Assembly (NCBI GenBank): GCA_050084515.1
Contig: CM114271.1
Location: 43,338,001 to 43,402,000, forward strand
Reading direction: 5' to 3'
DNA from: Blasia pusilla
Lineage: Eukaryota
Length of the DNA: 64,000 nucleotides
Below are positions 44,645 to 55,332 of this stretch, one piece after another (the first letter of the stretch is position 1; every line of letters starts with the position of its first letter). The notes under the pieces are model-generated. The model ran no database searches and was not told the origin of the DNA. It saw nothing but the letters and a program-made list of their open reading frames with translations. A program made the translations under genes and the position numbers.

Positions 44645-47600
44645 TGTGAGAAATGCGGAATGAATTGAAATTGCGTTTGTACTCTTTGTGTTCACTCTGT
44701 ATTGATAGATTGAAGCCGATACATAAATAGTAAAGCCTGCTCTAAACTAAGAGCCGTAATCAAAAGACGTGACGGTAATTGTGTCACTTCAGAAATGTCT
44801 CATAGCTATGTAACGTTTCATCTTGCGAAACGTCACTGACAGTGATCAATGGTAATAAACAGGACATTGATCGTAATCTAATCTAGATCGTCCGTATGGG
44901 TCGATCCGTGTGATCCATTCTTGGATCGACTCCTATCAATCAGCAATCTGCTGATTTGTTTCGCTGTACTAATTAATTTCCAACACTCCCACTCAGGGGA
45001 ACAAATCAGCCATTTTCATTACTAGTTAATCCTAGAGATTTAGTATGTTTTTGATGAGGTCCTTTCTGTAAACCCTTAGTAAAAATGTCTGCAGTCATCT
45101 CTGCAGTTGAAATATAGATCAAAATAATTTCGCCACTTGATACTTGATCTTTGATATAGTGGTATTGGATGTCGATGTGTTTGGTGCGGTCATGATGTTT
45201 TGTGGAACTGACCAAAGTGATAGCACTTTGGTTGTCACAAAAGATCTCAGTTATCTTTTGAGCAAAACCAATTTCGTAAAGTAATCTTCTAAGCCAAATA
45301 GCTTCAGTGCTGGCTTTGGTCATTGCAATGTACTCAGATTCGGTACTAGAAAGAGCAACTGACTTTTGTTTTCTACTTGCCCAGCTAACTGCTCCTCCTG
45401 CAAGGAGAAAGCAAAATCCGCTAGTAGACTTGCGGGAGTCAATGTTGTCGCCATAGGCAGCATCAGAATATCCTTGAAGATGAAAAGGAGTAGAGGACCG
45501 CTGATATTGGAGAAAATAATGCTTGGTCCCTTGGAGATACCGGAAAATACGTTTAACGGCAGTCCATTGTATAGGACCAGGGTTGGTCATGAACTGAGCA
45601 ACTGTGCTAACGGAATATGCAATATCTGGGCGAGTGCACACCATGGCCCACATTAAACTTCCGGTAGCACTTTTATAAGGAATTGAAGACATTGCTGCAA
45701 TGTCAGCAGTATGAACAGGGGATTGATCTTGACTAAGATGAAGGCCAAAATCAAAGGGAGTGGAGATAGGTTTGCAGCCCAGCATGTTGAACTGCTTGAG
45801 TTTGTTGGTGATGTAAGTTGTCTGGTTGAGCCGGATCCATCCTTGTTGCCGGTCTCGCTGAATATGTATTCCCAGAACATGATAAGCCTCACCGAGATCA
45901 GTCATTTCAAACTCTTGGCGGAGCTTTGTTTTGACAAAATGAAGCAGCGCAGAACTGGAACTTGCGATGACAGTATCATCCACGTAGAGAGCAAGGATCA
46001 GAAAATTGGAGTCCTTGTTCAGAATGTAAATATTAGAGTCAGCAGTGGTGCTGACAAAACCAATGTCAAGTAAAACATAGTGACAGCGTTCATACCACAT
46101 ACGGGCTGATTGCTTTAAACCATAAATGGACCTGCCTAGAAGGCAGACCAAGTTATTATTTGGAACTGGTAAGCCGGGAGGAAGAGCCATGTAGATTTTG
46201 TGCTGCAGGAATCCATATAGAAAAGCAGCGATTACATCTAATTGATGTAAGTCCAGGTTGAAATAAGCAGCGATAGCAATAAGGATACGAAGAGATTGAA
46301 TTTTGACAGTAGGAGAAAAGGTTTCTTCGTAATCAAGATCTGGAACTTGAGTAAATCCCTTAGCAACCAGTCGGGCTTTGTACTTGTGGATCGTGCCATC
46401 CACATGAGGTTTAATTTTGAAAACCCAACGGCAGCCAACTGTGCTGTGATTAAGAGGAAGGGGAACTAACGTCCAAGCCTTCATGCGAGCCATATTCTGG
46501 AGTTCAGCAGAAATGGCAGCCTTCCAATGGGATGAATCAGGTCCAGAGATAGCTTCTTCATAAGATTGGGGTTCGAGAAAAGAACTGGTAGAAGAGAGCA
46601 AAGCCCAACGCTTCTCTGCAACGCGCTTCTTGTCCTTCTCAGCTTCAATGAGTGCATCATAACGCGCAACAGCCCGAGTAATTCGTGGACTTTTTCTTTG
46701 AGCAAGAGGAGGAGTAGGAGCTCGTGGTCTTCTTTCATAGTAAAGATGGGTACGCCCAGGACCAGGTACGGGGTGTGCAGTAGAAGAGGACATTGGTGAA
46801 GGCACGTCCGCTGGTTGAGGCAAATTTAAAAGAGGTGGAACTCCCACTGAAGAAGACATAGTAGGAGAAGGAGTTCCCATTGCGGGAATAGGCGGGGAAC
46901 TAGCAGGAAGAGGCAAGGAATGTTGAGGATTAGGAGAAGAGCGGAAAAATAGAGGATCAGCTCGGATAGCCAAATCTTCTGCATCAGAAGAAGAGAGCGG
47001 TGGAGTGGTCTTAGCAAGCTGATCTTCAAGAATGACAGCATCTCGGGAGAGAATGATTGTCTTGTCACTCAGCCGCTCGAGACGCAGGGCTTTGCTTTGG
47101 TCACTATAACCAAGGAAAATACATTCCTCAGTGCGAAAATCCAGCTTAGAATGAGGATCATTGATTTTAGCAAATGCAGGACTGCCAAAAATACGAAGAT
47201 GAGATAAAACAGGTTTACGATTAAACCACAACTCATATGGTGTTTTGGAAGGTGGTAATGCTTTGCTTGGAAGACAATTTTGTAAATAATTGGCAGTGAC
47301 CAATGCTTCACCCCAATAAGTTTTAGGCAGAGCTGAATGGAAAAGCATAGAACGTACAGAATTGGCAAGAGTTCTATTCTTACGTTCTGAGACACCATTC
47401 TGCTGTGGTGTGTGGGGAACAGTGAACTGCCTGGAGATTCCTCGAGAATGGCAGAATTCTAAGAAAGCAGAAGACTTGTATTCCCCACCATTGTCAGATC
47501 GCAAGGTCTGAATGCGTCGTGGTTGATGCTGAGTCTCTACATGGGCGACAAATTGGGTGAAACGGGAAAAGGCTTCGGATCTATAATGAAGAAGGTAAAC

Positions 47601-49874
47601 AGTAGTATACCGGGAGAAATCGTCAATGAAGACCATAAAGTAACGAAAACCCAAATGAGTAGGTGGTGAAATAGGCCCACAAATATCTGTATGAATTAAT
47701 TCTAAAACAGTGAGAGCTCTATAGACTGGAGTAGTGTTTGAAAAAGGTTTGCGAGTCTGCTTGCCATGTAGGCAGGCTCGACATGAAGAAATTTGAGAGG
47801 GACTATGCGTTGGAACGCCGCCAGCCATTTGCTGTTGTAATAGTTGAGAAATCCGAGCAGCACTAATGTGTCCCAAACGGTGATGCCACAGATCAGCAAT
47901 CGTGGGAAGAACCACAGTGGCAGCTGTAATGATAGAAGATCGGGAGGGTGGAAGGACAGCTTCTCCAAGTTTGTACAAATCATTGATTAAGTAACATGTT
48001 GTAATGATTTGGTTGGTAGAATCACGGAGTATGCACTGTCCTTTATGAATCAAGGCAGATCCTCCTGCAGTGTCAAGTTGCTTGACGGAAAAAAGATTTT
48101 TCCTCAAGCTCGGTATAAAGAGAACATTCTGAAGAATGTATCGAGTACCGTTTGTCAGAAGGATCTCGACTTGACCAGATCCTCTTATCTCCAGACTGGA
48201 ATTATCACCCAGAAAAACATACGAAGATTTCTCGTACGGAGTGTAATTAGAAAAGTAATCACTGGAGAAGGCCATATGGTGAGTAGCACCAGTATCAAGA
48301 TACCATGTGTTATCTTGAATTTCTGAAGCCGAAGTTGAGTAGGCTACAGTAAAGAAGAGTTGAGAAGTAAAATTGGCTTTTGGAGCCGAGATTCTGGATT
48401 GCATCTGTTGATCTGCAAGACGTTTCCTGCAGTCTTTGATATGATGCCCTTGTAGATTGCAATAGAAACACTTCATTTTCTTGTAAGTATTCTGCTGATT
48501 AGAGGATGCAGCCTGCCAATCAACTTGGGGATGGGACGATTCGCCATATGAACTCGTCGAGGAAACAGGAACAAATCCTGATTTGAAAGGTCCAAAGCCT
48601 TTCTGAGGAGCTTTGCCTCTACCGTAACCTCTGAAAGGGCCGCCTTGCCTGAAATTGCTGTATCTGGACTTGGATTGAGAAGGGGCAGCACCTCGTCCAA
48701 CATAAAGAGCTGAGGACGGTTCTGCAGTCTGTGTCTTCATCATTTTCTCCTCCCTAAGAAGGAAAGTGATCACAGATTGCAACGTGAGGTTACTCTGACC
48801 TCGCAATGAGGTCAATAAATTGCGGTAACTGTTGGGCATTGATCGCATCAATGCAAGATACTGATTTTCATCAGTAGTCACCGATCCAGCAGCGTGGAGT
48901 TGATCAATCAATGTCCTAAATTGATGGACATGTTTTGTAACACTGTCGCCTTCCTTCATCTTCAGAGTCTGCAATTCATCTTGCAGATACATCTTTGTAG
49001 CAGCGTCCTGAGCTTGATACAAAGAATCCAATTTCGTCCAAGCTTCAGCTGCAGTCGTAGCAGAACTGATATGATGAACTTGCGAATTGTCTAAACGATT
49101 CGCTATGAAGGATAAGGCAATTCGGTTAAAAGTCTCCCATTCGTGGACACTCCCAGCGCCGGTGGCAGGAGCGGTAGCCGCTGCTGGCTTTGGAGTTGTT
49201 CCTTCTACGATGCCTACTAACTCTTCAGCATCGAGGTACAATCTCATGCGTAATCGCCAGATATAGAAATAGGTCCCGTCAAATTTCGGGATGTCGTCAA
49301 TCTTGAGGAACATGTTCGAATTCACCATGGTGAATTGACGAAAATTACAGAAAGAGGGGTCGAGGACTTCAAATTCGCGAGAATCTGAAGTCGGCAGTCA
49401 CTAAGAACAGAAAGAGAAAGGCGTTTGAGCAGAAGGCGTCCCCTCTACTCTAGGAATGTTGAAGCGTCCCTCAAATTCCAATCCTTTCTTGAAAATCGTA
49501 AAAGTAGTGACTAGCGACCACGCTCTGATACCATGTGAGAAATGCGGAATGAATTGAAATTGCGTTTGTACTCTTTGTGTTCACTCTGTATTGATAGATT
49601 GAAGCCGATACATAAATAGTAAAGCCTGCTCTAAACTAAGAGCCGTAATCAAAAGACGTGACGGTAATTGTGTCACTTCAGAAATGTCTCATAGCTATGT
49701 AACGTTTCATCTTGCGAAACGTCACTGACAGTGATCAATGGTAATAAACAGGACATTGATCGTAATCTAATCTAGATCGTCCGTATGGGTCGATCCGTGT
49801 GATCCATTCTTGGATCGACTCCTATCAATCAGCAATCTGCTGATTTGTTTCGCTGTACTAATTAATTTCCAACA
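44645..49874 (-). mobile_element. Intact full-length Ty1/copia LTR retrotransposon (5,230 bp)
   Basis: 341-bp LTRs at 44645-44985 and 49534-49874, identical on visual comparison, TG...CA; TSD CAAAG (44640-44644, 49875-49879); PBS TGGTATCAGAGC (tRNA-iMet) at 49522-49533; purine-rich tract next to the 3' LTR (~44986-45000); single uninterrupted ORF. Confidence 0.98.
45006..49328 (-). CDS. Copia Gag-Pol polyprotein, 1440 aa
   Basis: Gag with zinc knuckle CFYCNLQGHHIKDC, protease WYLDTGATHH, WHHRLGH, integrase HTDICGP/LRSDNGGEY/QQNGVSER, RT YKARLVAKGF/LYVDD, RNase H GYSDA/ALSSTESEY/ADIFTK, in PR-IN-RT-RH (copia) order. Confidence 0.97.
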   Translation of the reverse strand: MVNSNMFLKIDDIPKFDGTYFYIWRLRMRLYLDAEELVGIVEGTTPKPAAATAPATGAGSVHEWETFNRIALSFIANRLDNSQVHHISSATTAAEAWTKLDSLYQAQDAATKMYLQDELQTLKMKEGDSVTKHVHQFRTLIDQLHAAGSVTTDENQYLALMRSMPNSYRNLLTSLRGQSNLTLQSVITFLLREEKMMKTQTAEPSSALYVGRGAAPSQSKSRYSNFRQGGPFRGYGRGKAPQKGFGPFKSGFVPVSSTSSYGESSHPQVDWQAASSNQQNTYKKMKCFYCNLQGHHIKDCRKRLADQQMQSRISAPKANFTSQLFFTVAYSTSASEIQDNTWYLDTGATHHMAFSSDYFSNYTPYEKSSYVFLGDNSSLEIRGSGQVEILLTNGTRYILQNVLFIPSLRKNLFSVKQLDTAGGSALIHKGQCILRDSTNQIITTCYLINDLYKLGEAVLPPSRSSIITAATVVLPTIADLWHHRLGHISAARISQLLQQQMAGGVPTHSPSQISSCRACLHGKQTRKPFSNTTPVYRALTVLELIHTDICGPISPPTHLGFRYFMVFIDDFSRYTTVYLLHYRSEAFSRFTQFVAHVETQHQPRRIQTLRSDNGGEYKSSAFLEFCHSRGISRQFTVPHTPQQNGVSERKNRTLANSVRSMLFHSALPKTYWGEALVTANYLQNCLPSKALPPSKTPYELWFNRKPVLSHLRIFGSPAFAKINDPHSKLDFRTEECIFLGYSDQSKALRLERLSDKTIILSRDAVILEDQLAKTTPPLSSSDAEDLAIRADPLFFRSSPNPQHSLPLPASSPPIPAMGTPSPTMSSSVGVPPLLNLPQPADVPSPMSSSTAHPVPGPGRTHLYYERRPRAPTPPLAQRKSPRITRAVARYDALIEAEKDKKRVAEKRWALLSSTSSFLEPQSYEEAISGPDSSHWKAAISAELQNMARMKAWTLVPLPLNHSTVGCRWVFKIKPHVDGTIHKYKARLVAKGFTQVPDLDYEETFSPTVKIQSLRILIAIAAYFNLDLHQLDVIAAFLYGFLQHKIYMALPPGLPVPNNNLVCLLGRSIYGLKQSARMWYERCHYVLLDIGFVSTTADSNIYILNKDSNFLILALYVDDTVIASSSSALLHFVKTKLRQEFEMTDLGEAYHVLGIHIQRDRQQGWIRLNQTTYITNKLKQFNMLGCKPISTPFDFGLHLSQDQSPVHTADIAAMSSIPYKSATGSLMWAMVCTRPDIAYSVSTVAQFMTNPGPIQWTAVKRIFRYLQGTKHYFLQYQRSSTPFHLQGYSDAAYGDNIDSRKSTSGFCFLLAGGAVSWASRKQKSVALSSTESEYIAMTKASTEAIWLRRLLYEIGFAQKITEIFCDNQSAITLVSSTKHHDRTKHIDIQYHYIKDQVSSGEIILIYISTAEMTADIFTKGLQKGPHQKHTKSLGLTSNENG

Positions 49875-50115
49875 CAAAGGACCTCTTAGGCTGTTGCTGG
49901 TACTTTCTTTTCAAACAGCGGTAAATTCTTACACAGCTAAGTCCATGGCCTTGTGGGATCTCCGTGGACAATAAATCCTTTTTATTCATTCTCTAAAGCT
50001 ATTCAGTCATTCATTCTTGATCCTTCCATCTCTCTTTCTTGTAACTCTCTCTATCTACCTATCTCTCACTGCTCATGGGTAGCTTATAATGAGTGAACCT
50101 CGTGCATGCAATATA

Positions 50116-50192
50116 GCAATACTCTCTATCGAGTTGCCCATTGCTGTAGTTGCAACTCGATAGAGAGTATTGCAACTACAGCAATGGGCAAC
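50116..50192. repeat. Interlocked inverted repeats A-B-A'-B' (22-bp and 23-bp perfect stems)
   Basis: A 50116-50137 pairs with 50152-50173; B 50133-50155 pairs with 50170-50192. Confidence 0.9.
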
Positions 50193-51639
50193 CTGTTGTG
50201 AGCTTGGGATGCTGTTCCCCTGGTTGGTAGGTGTGGATTATTGTGTCCTGTAATCCATGTGACTTCTGACAATTGTGCCACAAGTAAGGTGTCCAGTGGA
50301 CTTAGTCGGAGAAATGGAGACCTCTCCTTCTGGATTCACGGGCCCTCCTCTGCAACTTAATGCCAGGGCTGTTCACCTTTCCATCTAGTGATGATCTCGG
50401 GGGGTAACACTTGGGCACCCTGCCGCTTGCAGGCAGCCCCTCCGCACAAATAGGACAGCCAGTCCCTGTCTGGACTCTCGGGCTGGGAGCTTAAACATTC
50501 TCCCCCAGATCCTAAATCAGTTGTTTGCCAAATCTCTACATATAACGAGCGGCCTTGAGCCCAACATATCTCCGTCCTCCCAAGATTGCGAGGAGTATCA
50601 GTTCACCTATCAAAGGCGCATACCAAAGCTCAGCATCCCCAAGCAGGGTGGGGAATACCGGCATGTTTATTCGAGACGCTTGAAGGCCCCCTGCAGTCCG
50701 GATCTGGACAGAGAGTTCCGACTGGTCTATAGGAGGAGACCATGGTTCCACATGATCATTTTCGGTGTACGTCCCACATTAGACTGCATCTCATTTAAGA
50801 TCATGTGGGCAGCTTTGCGCTTTGAATTCCTGGCTACAGCTGGCGTTACTCGGATGATGAATGGCCGTGAATGTATCTTCAAGGCGACTGTGGTCCACAA
50901 GAACAGAGGGATCAAGGGTGTTGGCTTCTTCATCAGAGCCTTCATGGTGGACAGGTGTGAGATCATCAGCACAGGCTTGAGTATGAACACAGCATATGGG
51001 TCAAAGTTCAAGCAGAGTGCAACTCAAGGTATATGTATATTGGATGTATATGCATGCCAACAAACAGTGAATTTGCTGCTGTAACAGAGACAGCCTTTGA
51101 TAGTGTGAAAACTGATTGCCGTGGGTTCCAGACAAAGGGGAACATAGTCGTACTGGGAAACTTCAACAGCTGGGTGGGGCAAGGCACTGATCCCCAGCGG
51201 AGATCAGGATGTTGGGAGATGTGAGAGTGAATGGCAATGGCACACGGGTGATCACGATGTTGAGGGAACTCCAATTGATGGCACTGAATGATAGGCATAA
51301 GGCGGGTTCCCCGACTTGGACTAGGGTCAACTTCAAGGAGAATGAAAGCTCCATTGTGGACTACATACCTGTGGATGAGGAACTCTACACACGCCGTGGG
51401 AAGATCACGGTGGATGCGACAGAGGAAGATCAGATCATTCGTTGGTCTGGACAGAGTTGCAGCAAAGACTAAAATGCTCGACCAAAGCAGTGAAGAGAGT
51501 GATCAAGAAATGGAGGATAGAGGACTTCCAAGATGAGGGGAACAAGGAGGTGTACGTTAGTAAGCTGGAAGAAAATCTCTTGGCATTTGACACTTGCATT
51601 GAATCTACCTTTGGGTTCGCAAGAACAACTGTGGACATG

Positions 51640-52267
51640 TAAAAGAAAAATAGGAGTAAACAAATACTGACTTTGATTACAGAGCTAATTTGTTTCTCCA
51701 AGCTCCAAGAAGTTACAGCAGATTACAGATACATGGAATAGCTTCACAGAGGTCAAATAGGAAAGGAAACTCTGTACTTACAAAAACATGAGAGAGATCT
51801 GATTGATCTACTACTCATAAACTTCCTCCCTATAGGAAGAAGAGACTCTCTACACTATTGATGCCCTTTCAAGCAGCACACTATCTCCTCCAGCAGCAGG
51901 TCCTCCAAAACATCAACTCCTCCTATCACAATAGGTCAGCCACCCAAGCTGAGGGGCAGCAATCATGAAGTTCGCAGGTCCAGGAGCTGGGGAAAGTAGA
52001 GAAGAGAATAAGAGTGCTCTGGTAAGCCTCTTGCTCTTATAGGATAACCCCTGGCTATCTTAAACCCTAAAAGTCTTTAACTAAGGCTAAAGGAGGCTAT
52101 TATGAAACCCTAAAGGTTTTTAACTAAGACTAAAAAGGCTATCGCGAAAACCTAAAGGTCCAGTTAATAAACCTAAAAATAGAATTTTACCTATAGATAA
52201 AAAAAGTAACTTTTCATAGTAAAAAATAGAAATTTTTGTTCCTGATCTTACAGTTGCAATTTCAACA
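51640..52267. mobile_element. Solo LTR, family B (628 bp), inserted in the LINE
   Basis: TAAAAG...TTTCAACA with perfect TSD ACATG (51635-51639, 52268-52272). Confidence 0.85.
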
Positions 52268-52508
52268 ACATGGTGCTAGCATGGTGGGATCATGGAGTGA
52301 CAGATTCTGTTGAGATTGCTGTTGGAAGGAAATTGCTGTCAAATGGTTGTCCTTGGAACTGAAGGCAGCCATTGCCAAATGAAGGGAAGTGTATGTCGCA
52401 TGTGCCAAGGCCAAGGACGACGCATCCTTGTGGGCAGAGTATGTGGCCCTGCGTAAGGAAACCCGTCTTCTAGTGCATATGCACAAGAAGAAATTGAACA
52501 AAGCGACC

Positions 52509-53193
52509 TGTTGAAATTTGTTAATATCTAGTTTAGTCATGCCCTAAAAGTAGTTAGTCAAATACTAACTTAGTTGGATACTAATTTAGTTAGCTAGAGA
52601 TAACTTAGTGTTCCTCTATCTTTTTAGGGTAACCTTGAATTAGGGCAATTCTCGAGTTAGGGCTAGCCACCATCTGTTATTTAGGTATGGATCTGTTCAA
52701 GAAGATCCAAGGGCCGAAGTGCTCACCCTCATGTATATAATGTCTCTCTTTAGAGAGCAGAAGCCAATTCTACAAAGATGCACAGTTTTGGTGAGGACTC
52801 CTGAGGCTCTTGGTCCTGCTGCAGAGTGATCAGAGAATAGGAAGAGGAGATTGAGACTAATTGCTGTGCTTGCTAGAGCCTCACCTGGAAGGAAGGTTGT
52901 TTTGTCTAGTATGCTTTGATGGAGATTGTTTGTGCTCAATGGTGAGCCATGTCTGATCTCTGAGCTGGTGACATGTGAGGACCTGTAGTGTGAGTGCAAG
53001 GTGTGGCTGAGTAGAATCCTTCTTAGTATCTCTTAGATAGTAAGAAGAGTCACATCATGGTAGGGCTCTGATTTGGCAATAGAGATAGGGACTGATTTGC
53101 TGATTGTGTAGAAGCTGAAATCATGGATGGTCTAGCTGATGCTAGCTCTGACTTTGTACAAGGAGATACTTCTGCTGGTCAATCATTTTCTCA
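52509..53193 (+). mobile_element. Solo LTR, family C (~685 bp), inserted in the LINE
   Basis: TGTTGAAA...TTTTCT(CA); reverse-complement homolog of the LTR at ~61034-61716. The flanking LINE sequence agcgacc|tacacatcc is uninterrupted in the duplicate at ~53981. Confidence 0.88.
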
Positions 53194-54324
53194 ACCTACA
53201 CATCCATCAATGAGAATTTCACTTAGAATCAGAAAAAGTTCTGGATGGAAGTGCAGAAATTGAGCAAGGCCAGGGACTAAAACAATGTAAAGGCGCTCAA
53301 GAGAAAAGACGAAGGGATGGTGACCACTGCTAAACAGATCCGACATGTGTAGGAAGACCATCACAAGGAGCTAGGCAGGAAGCCCCCTTCGACATCCCTT
53401 GAAGACCAGAACTTTGAGAGGGTGGTGGAGGATTTTGTTAAGATACAACGGGAGAAGGTAGATGATGAGGTTGAGCTGAGCAACCCATATAAAAAGAAAA
53501 TAGATATTGGCCATCCTGTGCCTGTTAGTAATGGAGACGCTATGCTTATCAAGTACTAGGTTCCCGCCAGCACCACGTCTACAAAAGAAAAACGATTGGT
53601 TCTCCCTGGCTGAGGTGGGAGCAGTGATCAAAGAACTTGTGAACCACAAAGCAGGTGGTGATGATGAGCTTGTGAATAAGCTATTGAAGTATGGTGACAT
53701 TGCTATGGCTCATTCTCTAGTGCTCGTTCTCTAGTGAGTCTCTTCAACCTGGTCTGGTCATTCCCAAAGTTGGCGGGTGGGAGTTATCGTGAACCTCTTC
53801 AAGGATGGTGAACAGGGCTAGAATATGAACACATCCTATGGGTCAAAGTCCTTGCAGAGTGCAACTCAAGAGATATTGATATTGAATGTATTTACATGCC
53901 CACAAAAAGTGAAGGAAACCATGGTACTTGTGCAAGGAAACTCAACTTCTGGTACGTATGCACAAGAAGAAATTGAACCAAGCGACCTACACATCCATCA
54001 ATGAGAACTTCGCTGAGAATCAGAAAAAGTTCTGGATGGAAGTGCAGAAAGTGAGCAAGGCAAAAGATAAAACTGACGTAAAGGCCCCCGAAGGGAAAAG
54101 ACAGTGGTATGGTGATCATTGCTAAACTGCTAAATTCTAACAGGCCCGGGGATGCTAGGATCACACCTTCACCTTCAATCCGATTATCCAGAGTAAGAAA
54201 AAAGACGGGAAATCCACCAACTGCTTCTTCTTGGACCTCAAGAACGCATATGACAATGTATTGCATGATGACCTGCCTTCTAGCTTGTGGAAGGAGGGGC
54301 TCAAAGGAAATTTGTGGAGGGTGG

Positions 54325-55099
54325 TGTTAGAATTTCACATAAAATTGTCTGCTGTTTTCTTTCAGTTTTTTAACTATGGTTAGTTCTGCTAAACTATGGT
54401 TGGAAGTTTACCATGGTTACAAGCCTCAGTTAGTTTACTAGTTATCTCTTAAACTATTCTTGTTAGTTTTGGTTATGTTAAATTGTGCACATGGTGTGCT
54501 GGCCTGTCCCTGTTGTGCTGGCCTACCCCTATTGTGTTGGCCTGTTGTGTTGTCCTACTCATAATGTGTTGGCCTATTCCTGGTGTGTTGGCCTGCTCCT
54601 GTTGTGCTGGCCCTTCCACCTTGCCTTCCCATGCAGTGGTCCCTTCTGTTGGTCTCTTCTAGGAAACTCTATAACTCCCCCCTCTTTCCTACTTCTTTGA
54701 TTCACTTCTACTCCTGCCCTCTAAGGCTGTGTGTTTTGAGATTAGCTCCTACATTCCTGAACCTTTGCTGGTGCCTTGATCAACTAAGAAGGAATGTGCA
54801 TTGATGTGGAGAATGCTCCAAGAACCAATTTAGCACATACTCCTGCATCTTGGTTTCAACCACCTATCTTCAGGTCTTGTGTATTCTAATAAGGTGTTGC
54901 GATGCCAAGCACCAAGTTCTCAATAGAAGTTGCAGACTAGTTCTGCATGCAATCCATTTCAGATTTGCTCTTTCAGGTTTGTAAGTGATTACCCTCATGT
55001 ACATGGTTCAGTGGAAGATCCTGTCGGTATCTACTATCTTTCTGTGCTTTTAAAGTTTTAAAAGTAAGATCTGAGAGAATTAGAATTCTGATTTCTATA
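54325..55099. mobile_element. Solo LTR, family A (775 bp), inserted in the LINE RT
   Basis: TGTTAGAA...TTCTATA with perfect TSD GGTGG (54320-54324, 55100-55104). Confidence 0.88.
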
Positions 55100-55332
55100 G
55101 GTGGTGGAGAAGATGTATCAGAACACGACGAGTAGAGTTCTGGTGAATGGCCAACAGATTGGGACATTTGACATCCAGCAGGGATTGGCCCAAGGATGCC
55201 TGATCTTCCCCACCCTCTTCAATTTTTTCGTCAACTCCCTGTTGGTGGAAATAGAGGACAGTGTATCAGGCATCCAGGTGGGCAACAGCCCTCACATGTG
55301 CTGATGACTTCGGTGGACCAGAGAAAACGGGA

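Noticed and set aside
45366..49094. Plus-strand ORFs inside the copia
   Set aside because: Antisense shadows of the gag-pol ORF.
55301..55328. Hammerhead-like CTGATGA...GAAA
   Set aside because: It is the LINE RT ADDFGG coding remnant, and the required stems are absent.
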